Shown in pieces: positions 39,661 through 49,168 of a stretch of 64,000 nt of DNA; position 1 is the stretch's first letter; every line of letters begins with the position of its first letter. The translations under genes and the position numbers were made by a program. The notes under the pieces are model-generated. The model had not been told where the DNA came from, did not search any database, and saw only the letters and a list, made by a program, of their open reading frames with translations. The stretch is from Eubacteriales bacterium. GTDB lineage: Bacteria; Bacillota; Clostridia; Oscillospirales; JAAYXM01. Location: contig JAZOAI010000011.1 of NCBI GenBank assembly GCA_045595365.1, positions 12,706 through 76,705 of the forward strand, in the 5' to 3' direction.

Positions 39661-41784
39661 ATGGAAGAGGATAAAAAAATCTTTGAAACAATTTCGGATA
39701 TGTCCGTCGGGGACGTTCTGGATGAAATAAATGCCGAAGCTTTAAGCTATGATGCGGACGAGCTTGATTTAGAAGAAATTCTTGCTGAGTTTTCAGATGC
39801 TCCGAAGGCTGTGAAGAAAGAAAAGCCTTTGTTTGTTAAAGAAGCTCCCCCGGAAAAAGAAGATAAACCCGAAGTGAAGATGGAAAAAGAAGAAGCCCCT
39901 TCCAAAGCGATTCCGGAGCTTCCGGATAGCCCTGCTGATAGAAGGGCAGAGGCACGGCGGGTTGACACTATTGTCAGACCGTGGGAAAACGGTGTATATG
40001 GCGATATGACGCTTGATAAGCCGGAAGAAAAGCCTGCAAAAGAAAAGAAAAAACGCAAGAACGCAAGCTTTTCAGAAACTTTTGATACATTTACGCGAAG
40101 TGAGCTTTTTGAGGAGAAGATACAGGCAGAACCACTTGAAACAAGATCGGTAGAGGAAATTATCCGTGAAAACCTTCGGGTTTCAAAGCTTTTGGGCCTT
40201 CGAACAATTGTTCTTTTGATACTCGGCATTATGTCCTGTTATCTCGCTTTTGCGGCTCCGCTTAGGTGGTTTATGCCAAGCATAATTTCATATATCCACC
40301 ATCCCTTCCGATATCTTTTCCTGACGGCATTTTTGCAAATTCTTGCGATGCTTCTCGCTGTTGATCTTATTTCAAAGGGCTTGTCGCGCCTCTTTACGTT
40401 TCACCCAAATGTTGATTCGGCGGTTGCTTTCTCGTCATTTGCCTCATTGATTCATGTAATCTCCGTTATGGCGGCGCCGCATTGGAAAGGGTGGCTTCCG
40501 TACAGTGCAATTTCGGTTTTAAGCCTGTTTTTTGCGATATACAGCAAATGGATTAATATCCGTGCAGTCTGCAGAGTTTGCAAAACGGTCCGCTCGGCTA
40601 AAAAACCGAGTACCGTGCATATTGTCCAGCGTTATGATGAAACAAACATAATTAAACAAAGCACTGACGACACCTGCTCATTTATATCCCACATAAATGA
40701 TAAGGATGCATCGCGCACATTCTGGACATTTCTTTCTCCGCTTGTAATCGTCGCTTCAATTGTTTTTGCTTTTGTTTCATCAGTGGGAACAGGGGCTCCG
40801 GAACACTTTTTCTGGGCGCTTGCGGCAATTACATCAGTTTCAACTCCGTTTTTCACAACACTTTCCTTTGCACACCCGTTTTCGGCTACTGCCAAGAATC
40901 TTTCCTCAATAGGCGCGGCGATTTCAGGCTGGTACTCCGCAACAAACCTCTCAAAGCGCGCAAACTTTATTCTGTGCGACGAAGATATTTTCCCGAAGGG
41001 AACAATCACTCTGCATGGGCTTAAGGTTCTTGGAAGCTTTTCTCTTGAACAGACGGTATGCTATGCAGCGAGTGTTATTGCAGAGACAAAAAGCGGGCTT
41101 TCGGGTGTTTTTGCCGATCTCCTAAAGAGCAGATATGCAGAGACGACAAGTGTTAAAAATCTCCGGTATCATGAATCGGGGGGCATTGAAGCTCAAATCG
41201 GTGATGATGCGGTCTTGGTAGGAAGTGCCGGCTTTATGCTTCGTTTGGGAGTTCGCCTCGGCTCCGGCACAAACACGAAAAACTCGGTTTTTGTTGCCAT
41301 AAATAAAGAGCCTGCCGGAGTTTTTAACGTTAACTATAAAGCAAATATCGAAGTTGAACGCGCTCTTCACATAATGGTCAAGAAAAAGATTCCTGTTGTT
41401 TTGGCGGTGAGAGATTTCAACCTTCTTCCGATGATGGTTGAAAATGCGTTTGACCTTCCGGATTCATCACTTGACTATCCTGAAATTGAGCAGAGAATTG
41501 ACCTGTCGGCTGACGAGCAGTTTATCAATGAAGATGCCTGCGCGGTTATAACAAGAAGTGGGTTGTATCCCTTTGCAGCCTCTGTTCTCGCATCCAAAAA
41601 ACTGCGGCGTGCAACGGTGAGAAACATCTGCCTCACAACTGTTGGTGCGATTGTGGGGATGCTTCTTATGTTTTATTTAACTTTTATACAAAAGCCTGTT
41701 CTTATTCCACCTCATACCGTGTTTGTATATATGATGATGTGGATGATACCGACGTATTTGCTTTCTAAAAGAGTAAAGAAATAA
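39661..41784 (+). CDS. Membrane protein resembling a heavy-metal (P1B) P-type ATPase but lacking the catalytic motifs; acidic/Lys-rich N-terminal extension
   Basis: 707 aa. The ATPase-like architecture is visible by eye, but CDEDIF replaces DKTGT and TPF replaces CPC. No TGES or GDGxND motif was seen. See findings. Confidence 0.6.
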   Translation: MEEDKKIFETISDMSVGDVLDEINAEALSYDADELDLEEILAEFSDAPKAVKKEKPLFVKEAPPEKEDKPEVKMEKEEAPSKAIPELPDSPADRRAEARRVDTIVRPWENGVYGDMTLDKPEEKPAKEKKKRKNASFSETFDTFTRSELFEEKIQAEPLETRSVEEIIRENLRVSKLLGLRTIVLLILGIMSCYLAFAAPLRWFMPSIISYIHHPFRYLFLTAFLQILAMLLAVDLISKGLSRLFTFHPNVDSAVAFSSFASLIHVISVMAAPHWKGWLPYSAISVLSLFFAIYSKWINIRAVCRVCKTVRSAKKPSTVHIVQRYDETNIIKQSTDDTCSFISHINDKDASRTFWTFLSPLVIVASIVFAFVSSVGTGAPEHFFWALAAITSVSTPFFTTLSFAHPFSATAKNLSSIGAAISGWYSATNLSKRANFILCDEDIFPKGTITLHGLKVLGSFSLEQTVCYAASVIAETKSGLSGVFADLLKSRYAETTSVKNLRYHESGGIEAQIGDDAVLVGSAGFMLRLGVRLGSGTNTKNSVFVAINKEPAGVFNVNYKANIEVERALHIMVKKKIPVVLAVRDFNLLPMMVENAFDLPDSSLDYPEIEQRIDLSADEQFINEDACAVITRSGLYPFAASVLASKKLRRATVRNICLTTVGAIVGMLLMFYLTFIQKPVLIPPHTVFVYMMMWMIPTYLLSKRVKK

Positions 41785-41808
41785 AGCTTTACACAAAAGG
41801 AGAGAACT

Positions 41809-42699
41809 ATGGAAATTAAGAAATCCGGAATGATTGCAATTATAGGCCGCCCGAATGTTGGAAAATCAACGCTTATCAATTCACTTGCAGGAGAGAAGAT
41901 TGCGATAGTTTCCGATAAGCCTCAGACAACAAGAAATCGGATATGCGGAATCATAAACCGCGGGGATACGCAATACGTCTTTCTAGATACACCCGGAATC
42001 CATAAACCGAAAAGCCATCTCGGTGAGTATATGGTTAAGGTTGCGGGTGACTCCATATCTGATGTTGACGTTATCCTTATGCTCGTCGCGCCTGTTGCAA
42101 ACATCGGGCAGATAGAGGAGGAAATCATTTCCCGCATCTCTCAGAGCGGTGTTCCTGTAGTTCTGCTGATAAATAAAATAGACACAGTAGAAAAAACAGC
42201 TATTTTCCCGGTTATTGAGGCATACAGCAAAGCATATAATTTTGATGCCATCATTCCAATTTCCGCAGCAAAGGGAGACGGGCTTGGAAGTATATATGAA
42301 GAGCTTGACAAATTCATTCCGGAAGGGTGTGCGCTTTTCCCGGAGGATATGGTGTCCGATCAGCCTGAAAAGCAGATGGTTTCGGAAATTATCAGGGAAA
42401 AGCTCCTACGGCTTTTAAATCACGAAATTCCACACGGAACAGCAGTTGAGATAACGCAGTTTACAGAGCGGGATAACGGAATAATTGACGTTATAGCCAC
42501 TATCTACTGTGAACGCGACAGCCACAAGGGAATAATCATAGGTAAGCGCGGCGCAATGCTCAAGAAAATCGGCGAAAGTGCGCGGCGCGATATAGAGCGC
42601 TTTATGGGGACTAAGGTTTATCTTGAGACCTGGGTCAAGGTAAAGGAAAACTGGAGAGATAACGACGTTCTTATTAAAAACTTTGGGTACGAGTTATAA
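41809..42699 (+). CDS. era: GTPase Era
   Basis: 296 aa with GRPNVGKSTL, DTPG and NKID G-motifs plus a C-terminal KH domain. Confidence 0.96.
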   Translation: MEIKKSGMIAIIGRPNVGKSTLINSLAGEKIAIVSDKPQTTRNRICGIINRGDTQYVFLDTPGIHKPKSHLGEYMVKVAGDSISDVDVILMLVAPVANIGQIEEEIISRISQSGVPVVLLINKIDTVEKTAIFPVIEAYSKAYNFDAIIPISAAKGDGLGSIYEELDKFIPEGCALFPEDMVSDQPEKQMVSEIIREKLLRLLNHEIPHGTAVEITQFTERDNGIIDVIATIYCERDSHKGIIIGKRGAMLKKIGESARRDIERFMGTKVYLETWVKVKENWRDNDVLIKNFGYEL

Positions 42700-42737
42700 G
42701 TGTAAAGTTAATTTGCTTTATTGGCGGTGGGAGCTTT

Positions 42738-43469
42738 ATGCAGATAGTTGAAAAAGGGTTAATATTGCGCGAAACTCCGTATAAAGAAGCTGACGTTATG
42801 CTAAGCATACTTACGGAATGCTCGGGAAAGCTTTCGGTTGTTGCGAGAGGCGCAAAACGAAAGGGCAGTAAGGTTTCTGCAGCAATACAGCTCTTTACCT
42901 ATTCCGAGTTTACAATGTATGAAAGCTCAGGGAGATACACCCTCAACGAGGCAGAGCCAATAGAGATGTTTTTCGGGATACGCGGCGATATAGTAAAGCT
43001 TGCGCTTGCTTCTTATTTTTCGGAGGTTTTAGAACAGGCATCAGATGTGGACACAATAAACCCGGAACTTCTGAGGCTGGGTTTAAATTCTCTTTTTGCT
43101 CTTTCAAAAACGAATGTTCCGACCGAAAAAATAAAGTCAGTCTTTGAGCTAAAGATAGCTGAGCTTTCGGGATATTCTCCCAATCTTTCATCCTGCATTT
43201 ATTGCGGGTCGTTATCCGACAATGCAGTTTTTGATATAAAAAACGGGGGCATCGTGTGCGGAAAATGTAATAATGGCGGAAATCTATCTATTGATGCAAG
43301 CGTAATAGACGCGATGCGTTATGTAATCTCGCAGGACCCGAAGCGGATATTTTCATTTTCGATGAATGAGGAATCAATGAAGAAAATGGCTAAGATAACC
43401 AATGAATATCTCAGGTTCCATTTTGACAGAAATTTTAAAACAGATGCCTTTTACAAAGGCTTGCTGTGA
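42738..43469 (+). CDS. recO: DNA repair protein RecO
   Basis: 243 aa with an OB-fold N-terminus and the Zn-finger CIYCG...CGKC. Confidence 0.9.
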   Translation: MQIVEKGLILRETPYKEADVMLSILTECSGKLSVVARGAKRKGSKVSAAIQLFTYSEFTMYESSGRYTLNEAEPIEMFFGIRGDIVKLALASYFSEVLEQASDVDTINPELLRLGLNSLFALSKTNVPTEKIKSVFELKIAELSGYSPNLSSCIYCGSLSDNAVFDIKNGGIVCGKCNNGGNLSIDASVIDAMRYVISQDPKRIFSFSMNEESMKKMAKITNEYLRFHFDRNFKTDAFYKGLL

Positions 43470-43484
43470 TTTACGGAGACGAAT

Positions 43485-45872
43485 ATGGATAGCTTATATG
43501 AAAAATCGAAAAATACTCTTGAGCTTTCCGCTGTTCTTGAGCTTCTTGCAGAACACGCGGTAAGTGACGGCGCAAAGAGCCTTGCAAGGAAACTTGTTCC
43601 TGCGACGAATGCCGAAGAGGTTCGCACTGCAATATCGCGCACGGGAGCGGCAAGAAAGCTTATTGGATTTAAAGGTGCGCCGTCTTTTTCCGGTGTGCGA
43701 GATATTGCCCCGTTGCTTCGCCGTGCGGCAATAGGGGGGCTCCTCAATCCGTCTGAGCTTTTAAGTATCGCGGATGTTTTAAAAACTGCAAGAGGTGCGC
43801 AGCGCTACCTTGAAGATGACAGAAGAAATGAAAAAACAGAGCTTGACAGCTTTTTTGCTGCGCTTTTTGTAAATAAATATTTTGAAGACAAGGTCCGAAA
43901 CGCTATATTAAGCCCGGAAGAAATAGCAGACGGGGCATCATCTGAGCTTCTTTCAATACGAAGAAAAATGCGCCGTAGCGGAGAGAAAATCCGCGAGGTT
44001 TTAGCTCAGATAATTTCATCTCCGACTAAGTCGAAATATCTCCAGGAAGCAATAATAACTCAGCGCTCGGGAAGATATGTTGTCCCCGTTAAGAGCGAAT
44101 ATAAAGGTGAGATAAAAGGTCTTGTCCACGATATTTCTTCTACCGGCGCGACGGTCTTTGTAGAACCGATGCAGGTTGTTGAACTCAACAATGCTATGCG
44201 TGAGCTTGAATCGGAGGAAAAAAAGGAAATCGAGAGAATCCTTGCGGAGCTTTCTGCAGAAGCTTCCACCATATCCGAAGGACTGGAGCGCGACTATCAG
44301 ATTCTCACAAGGCTTGATTTGATTTTTGCTATGGGAAAGCTATCGTATACGATGAATGCAGAGGCTCCTGTAGTAAATGACAACGGGGTAGTCAATCTTA
44401 TAAATGCAAGGCATCCGCTTCTTAATAAGGACACGACAGTCCCGATATCAATCCGCCTCGGAAAGGATTTTGACACACTCGTCATAACAGGTCCGAACAC
44501 AGGCGGAAAAACCGTTTCGCTGAAAACCGTAGGTCTCTTGACTCTTATGGCGGAATGCGGGATGTATATCCCGTGTGATTACGGAAGCGAGATTTCTGTC
44601 TTTGAAAAGATATATGCGGACATCGGAGATGAACAGAGCATTGAGCAGTCGCTATCAACCTTTTCATCTCATATGAAGAACATAGTCGAGATTATTGACG
44701 GCGCAGATGATGAGTCTCTCGTTCTTGTTGATGAGCTCGGCGCGGGAACCGACCCGATTGAAGGAGCGGCGCTTGCAGTTTCTATAATCGAATATATTAT
44801 GGCTATCGGCGCAAAGATTATCGCGACAACACATTATGCCGAGCTTAAGAGCTTCGCCCTTATCACGGAGCGCGTTGAAAACGCAAGCTGTGAGTTTGAC
44901 GTGACAACCCTGAAGCCGACATACAGGCTTCTTATCGGAATTCCGGGAAAAAGCAACGCTTTTGCGATTTCGGAACGTCTTGGGCTTCCGATGAATATCA
45001 TTAAGAGCGCAGGGGCTTTGGTCGAGCGGGAAGACAAGCGCTTTGATGAAATTCTCTCAAGGCTTGAGGAAAAACAAAAGGCGCTTGACACTGAGCTTCA
45101 GCACGCAAGCGAAATCCGCTCTGATGCCGAAAGCAGAAGAAAGAAAACCGAGCAATTTGAGAAGGAGCTTGAGAAGAGAAAAATCGCAGTTATTGAAAAA
45201 GCCCGCGAAGATGCTGAAAAGATTTTAAAGGATGCCCGCGAGGCGGCAGATAAGGCACTCGATGAGATAAAGGAAATCCGCAAGCTTGAAGCCAAGAAGG
45301 CAGACAGGAACAGAATCAATGATGCGAGAAACGAATTAAAGCGTGGCCTTAATGAGGCTGAACGCGGGGTTATCCGTTCAAAAGCGAGGCCAACTCCAAA
45401 GCCGCTTCCGAGAAAGCTCAGAGCGGGAGATACGGTTGAGCTTTGCGAACTAGGGCTTTCGGGAACGGTTATAGAAGTTTCGGAAAAGACCGGAATTTTG
45501 ACAGTCCAGGCCGGAATAATGAAGGTTTCGGCGCGCCCTGAAGAGGTTTCGCTTATTGAGGAAAGCGGCGAAAAAACAGTAAATGAATTTATCGCAAAGA
45601 AGAAAGCGGAGCTTCGCAATATTTCAGTTAAGCCCGAGGTTGATCTCAGAGGAATGACTGCCGATGAGGCAGAATATACACTCAGCACATATCTCGACAA
45701 CGCTTTTCTTGCAAAGCTCAACTCTGTCACTATTATTCACGGAAAGGGAACAGGAGTCCTCCGCAAAACCGTTCACGCTTATCTGCGTTCTCACCCGCAT
45801 ATCAAAGGCTGGAGACTCGGTGTTTTTGGTGAAGGTGAGGACGGCGTTACGATTGCAGAATTGAGAATTTGA
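43485..45872 (+). CDS. mutS2: Endonuclease MutS2 (MutS ATPase + C-terminal Smr domain)
   Basis: 795 aa with ITGPNTGGKT, DELGAGTDP and a C-terminal Smr domain (VDLRGMTADEA...IIHGKGTGVLR). Confidence 0.95.
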   Translation: MDSLYEKSKNTLELSAVLELLAEHAVSDGAKSLARKLVPATNAEEVRTAISRTGAARKLIGFKGAPSFSGVRDIAPLLRRAAIGGLLNPSELLSIADVLKTARGAQRYLEDDRRNEKTELDSFFAALFVNKYFEDKVRNAILSPEEIADGASSELLSIRRKMRRSGEKIREVLAQIISSPTKSKYLQEAIITQRSGRYVVPVKSEYKGEIKGLVHDISSTGATVFVEPMQVVELNNAMRELESEEKKEIERILAELSAEASTISEGLERDYQILTRLDLIFAMGKLSYTMNAEAPVVNDNGVVNLINARHPLLNKDTTVPISIRLGKDFDTLVITGPNTGGKTVSLKTVGLLTLMAECGMYIPCDYGSEISVFEKIYADIGDEQSIEQSLSTFSSHMKNIVEIIDGADDESLVLVDELGAGTDPIEGAALAVSIIEYIMAIGAKIIATTHYAELKSFALITERVENASCEFDVTTLKPTYRLLIGIPGKSNAFAISERLGLPMNIIKSAGALVEREDKRFDEILSRLEEKQKALDTELQHASEIRSDAESRRKKTEQFEKELEKRKIAVIEKAREDAEKILKDAREAADKALDEIKEIRKLEAKKADRNRINDARNELKRGLNEAERGVIRSKARPTPKPLPRKLRAGDTVELCELGLSGTVIEVSEKTGILTVQAGIMKVSARPEEVSLIEESGEKTVNEFIAKKKAELRNISVKPEVDLRGMTADEAEYTLSTYLDNAFLAKLNSVTIIHGKGTGVLRKTVHAYLRSHPHIKGWRLGVFGEGEDGVTIAELRI

Positions 45873-45964
45873 CTAAAAATATATTGACTTATATATGCTG
45901 AATTTGTTATTATATAGTTAGAAGAAATAACGGATTTAAATTTTTAAAGAGGAGACTGCTCTAA

Positions 45965-46234
45965 ATGTGTTCTAAAGAAGTTATCATTAACAACGAAATC
46001 GGGCTTCGTGCGCGCCCGGCTACATTTTTTATTCAGAAGGCAAACGAATTCAAATGCAGCATTCAGGTGGAGCGTGAAGAACGCTGTGTTAACGCAAAAA
46101 GCCTGCTCGGGGTTCTTTCTCTCGGGATCGTTAAGGGCACGAAGGTTACCATAATCGCCGACGGTGTCGATGAGGATGAAGCGCTTGTTGCGCTTAGTGA
46201 GCTTGTTGGTAGCAACTTCTCCGATAAACTTTAA
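45965..46234 (+). CDS. HPr-family protein with Arg in place of the phospho-His15 (Crh-like); Ser46 region retained
   Basis: 89 aa. GLRARPA sits where HPr has G(I/L)HARPA (codon CGT at about 46008), and NAKSLLGVLSLG is retained. Confidence 0.85.
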   Translation: MCSKEVIINNEIGLRARPATFFIQKANEFKCSIQVEREERCVNAKSLLGVLSLGIVKGTKVTIIADGVDEDEALVALSELVGSNFSDKL

Positions 46235-46250
46235 TTTGATTTTAAGTTTT

Positions 46251-46283
46251 TATAGACGGCTCAATGCCGTCTATATTGTTATT
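46251..46283 (+). terminator. Hairpin / weak terminator after the HPr-like gene
   Basis: TATAGACGGC-tcaat-GCCGTCTATA followed by TTGTTATT. The U-tract is poor. Confidence 0.45.
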
Positions 46284-46296
46284 GGCGGGTGAAAAA

Positions 46297-48114
46297 ATGA
46301 CTGCTAAGGAAAAAGCTTTGAAGCTGCCGCAGAGCCCGGGAGTTTATATTATGCTCAATTCCGACAAGGAAATCATATACGTCGGAAAAGCAAAAAAACT
46401 CTACAACAGGGTCAATTCATACTTTAGAGCAAACGCTACTCACAATTCAAAAACAAGGCTGATGGTTTCCCAGATATGCGATTTTGATTATATAATCACA
46501 GATACGGAGTTTGAGGCGCTTGTTCTTGAAAATTCCCTCATAAAACGCCATAAGCCAAAATATAACATTCTCCTCAAGGATGATAAGGGTTATCCGTTTA
46601 TCAGACTCTCCGTGAAAGAAGAATATCCGAGATTTTCAATAGTGTCAAAGGTCGCAGATGACGGTGCAGAGTATTTTGGGCCTTATGGCGGCCGTGTGGA
46701 ATCCCGGCGCGCAATCGAGACCGTGTCGGAGCTTTTGCGCCTTCCCGTGTGCAGCAGGAAATTCCCGCGGGACATTGGCAGAGGCAGGCCGTGCTTAAAC
46801 AGCCATATAGGCAGGTGTGATGCGCTCTGCGCGGGGCAGATTTCGAAAGAAGAGTACAGAGAACGTATCTCAAGAGCGGCTATGATTCTCTCGGGGAAAA
46901 CTGAAGATGTCCTGGGCGTGCTTGAAGAAAAAATGCTTATGCATGCTGAAAAACTCGAATTTGAGCTTGCTGGAAAGCTTCGCGATGAAATCCGTTCAAT
47001 AAATGCGCTTGCTACAAAACAAAAGATTATTTCAAGCATGATGTCAGATACGGACATTATAGCTCTTTATGCGGGAGAAAACAAAACGTTTTTTTCAATT
47101 CTTCATTATATCGACGGCGCTTTGCTTGAGAGCGAAACGAAGGTGATTGATACTCCTGTGTATGGCGAGCTATCTGAACTTATGGAAGAGTTTTTGCTGA
47201 GATATTATTCGGGAAGAACAAAGCTCCCGAGGGAAATTTACATTCAACACGTTCTTCCGTCTGTGCAGGTTCTTTCGGATTGGCTCTCGGAGCTTTCTGA
47301 GAGGCGTGTGCGCGTAATTTGCCCGCAGCGCGGGGAAAAACTCAAACTCATAAAAATGGCCGCTAAAAACGCCGAAGAAAAGGCGGCTGTTTCGATAAAT
47401 AAAGAGGAAAAAACTTCAAGGATACTCGAAGATATTAAGAAAATTCTTGCGCTTGATGATTTTCCGAAAAGAATAGAGGCTTACGATATTTCCAATCTTG
47501 CAGGAAAAGAAATGGTCGGAGGGATGGTTGTTTTCTTAAACGGTGCGCCGGCACGCCGGGAGTATAAGCGGTTTAAGATAAAAACGCTTACCAATCAGGA
47601 CGACCCGCGCGCGATGCGCGAGATGCTTTCACGTCGTTTTTTGCGTTATAAGAGCGGGGATGAGAGCTTTGCAAGCCGGCCTGATCTCATTCTTCTCGAC
47701 GGCGGGATTACTCAGGTGCGAGCGGTTTCGGCACTGTTTGAAGAATCGGGGATTGATGTTTCGCTGTTTGGTATGGTCAAAGATGACAAGCATATGACGC
47801 GCGCGATAATAGATGCTTCAGGTCGTGAGATTGGAATATCTGCAAACCCGGCGGTTTTTCGCTTTTTTGCAACACTTCAGGATGAGGTCCATAGGTATTC
47901 CATTGAATATCACAAGAAGCTCCGCGCAAAGAGCATGACCGCAAGCGAGCTGACGAAAATAGAAGGAATCGGAAAAAAACGCGCGATTGCGCTTCTTCAG
48001 CATTTTAAAAGTATAGATAAAGTGAAAATAGCGGAAGTTTCAGAGCTTTCGGAGATTTTGTCGAAAAGTGCTGCAGAAGCGGTTTATCAGTATTATCATA
48101 GCGGGGAGGAATGA
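46297..48114 (+). CDS. uvrC: Excinuclease ABC subunit C
   Basis: GIY-YIG N-terminus (PGVYIMLNSDKEIIYVGKAKKL), a UVR domain and a C-terminal HhH. ATG 46297 lies downstream of the hairpin, whereas the track start at 46264 falls inside it. Confidence 0.94.
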   Translation: MTAKEKALKLPQSPGVYIMLNSDKEIIYVGKAKKLYNRVNSYFRANATHNSKTRLMVSQICDFDYIITDTEFEALVLENSLIKRHKPKYNILLKDDKGYPFIRLSVKEEYPRFSIVSKVADDGAEYFGPYGGRVESRRAIETVSELLRLPVCSRKFPRDIGRGRPCLNSHIGRCDALCAGQISKEEYRERISRAAMILSGKTEDVLGVLEEKMLMHAEKLEFELAGKLRDEIRSINALATKQKIISSMMSDTDIIALYAGENKTFFSILHYIDGALLESETKVIDTPVYGELSELMEEFLLRYYSGRTKLPREIYIQHVLPSVQVLSDWLSELSERRVRVICPQRGEKLKLIKMAAKNAEEKAAVSINKEEKTSRILEDIKKILALDDFPKRIEAYDISNLAGKEMVGGMVVFLNGAPARREYKRFKIKTLTNQDDPRAMREMLSRRFLRYKSGDESFASRPDLILLDGGITQVRAVSALFEESGIDVSLFGMVKDDKHMTRAIIDASGREIGISANPAVFRFFATLQDEVHRYSIEYHKKLRAKSMTASELTKIEGIGKKRAIALLQHFKSIDKVKIAEVSELSEILSKSAAEAVYQYYHSGEE

Positions 48115-48116
48115 AT

Positions 48117-48653
48117 ATGCGGGTTATTTCCGGAACGGCGCGCGGCAGGGTGCTAAAAACACTTGAAGGGCAGGACACCCGCCCCACAACCGATAAGGTT
48201 AAAGGCTCAATCTTTAATATAATTCAGTTTGAGATTGAAGGCAAACGCGTGCTTGACCTTTTTTCCGGAAGCGGACAGCTTGCGATTGAAGCCGTCAGCC
48301 GTGGGGCAAAAACTGCCGTTGCAGCGGATAATTCAAAGGCAGCCGCAGAGATAATTAAGGAAAATATAAAGCGTTGCGGATTTGAGAATAAGATCAGCAT
48401 TTGCCGCGGTGACTACTCGCAAGTATTGACAAAAGGCGCAAAATATGATGTAATATTTTTAGACCCTCCGTATGAAAGCAATCTTCTTGATAAAGCACTT
48501 GAAATGATAACTAAATTTGACATATTGTCAGAAAATGGTATAATAATATGTGAAACTGATGCTTCGACGGATGTTGCAGGAGCTTTGCCGGAAAGCTATT
48601 CGTTTAAGGAGTATAGATACGGCAGAATCAAGCTTACGGTGATTCGCAACTGA
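48117..48653 (+). CDS. rsmD: 16S rRNA (guanine966-N2)-methyltransferase RsmD
   Basis: MRVISGTARGR.L......TRPT.DKVKGSIFN...DLFSGSG...FLDPPY. Confidence 0.9.
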   Translation: MRVISGTARGRVLKTLEGQDTRPTTDKVKGSIFNIIQFEIEGKRVLDLFSGSGQLAIEAVSRGAKTAVAADNSKAAAEIIKENIKRCGFENKISICRGDYSQVLTKGAKYDVIFLDPPYESNLLDKALEMITKFDILSENGIIICETDASTDVAGALPESYSFKEYRYGRIKLTVIRN

Positions 48654-48676
48654 CAAAGGCTTGTGGGGTAGTAAAT

Positions 48677-49168
48677 ATGAAAATTGCAGTATATCCCGGT
48701 AGTTTTGACCCGGTTACAAAAGGGCATCTTGATATTATCGAGCGTGCATCTGCGATATTTGACAAGGTTGTAGTTGTTGTTATGGTCAACAGCAAGAAGA
48801 AGCCCGCTTTTTCCTTGGAGGAAAGAAGTGATTTTCTCCAAAGATGCACAGATAAATACAACAACGTTGAAATCAGGTCTTCCGACTCTTTGCTTGCGGA
48901 GTGGGTTAATTCCGTGGGCGACTGTGTTCTTATAAAAGGGCTCAGAGCTGTTAGTGATTTTGAAAGCGAATTCCAGATGGCTCTCATCAACAGAAAGCTT
49001 AATCCGAAGCTTGAAACTCTGTTTTTGCCTACATCGGAGGAGCATTTGTATCTCTCATCGAGCGTTGTTAAGGAAGTATGTTCATTAGGCGGAGATATTT
49101 CATCCTTTGTGGATGAAGAAATACTTGAGGATGTAAAAATCAGATTTATGAGGGGAGAAGAGAAGTAA
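48677..49168 (+). CDS. coaD: Pantetheine-phosphate adenylyltransferase
   Basis: MKIAVYPGSFDPVTKGHLDIIERA... Confidence 0.96.
   Translation: MKIAVYPGSFDPVTKGHLDIIERASAIFDKVVVVVMVNSKKKPAFSLEERSDFLQRCTDKYNNVEIRSSDSLLAEWVNSVGDCVLIKGLRAVSDFESEFQMALINRKLNPKLETLFLPTSEEHLYLSSSVVKEVCSLGGDISSFVDEEILEDVKIRFMRGEEK

Noticed and set aside
45098-45730. A 210-aa ORF antisense to mutS2. Similar long antisense ORFs occur at 38049-38693, 60206-60814, 56459-57007, 15123-15746, 10501-10965 and 13025-13453.
   Set aside because: All overlap well-supported genes on the opposite strand. Their products are low-complexity and Ser/Arg/Phe-rich, and none has a convincing start context.
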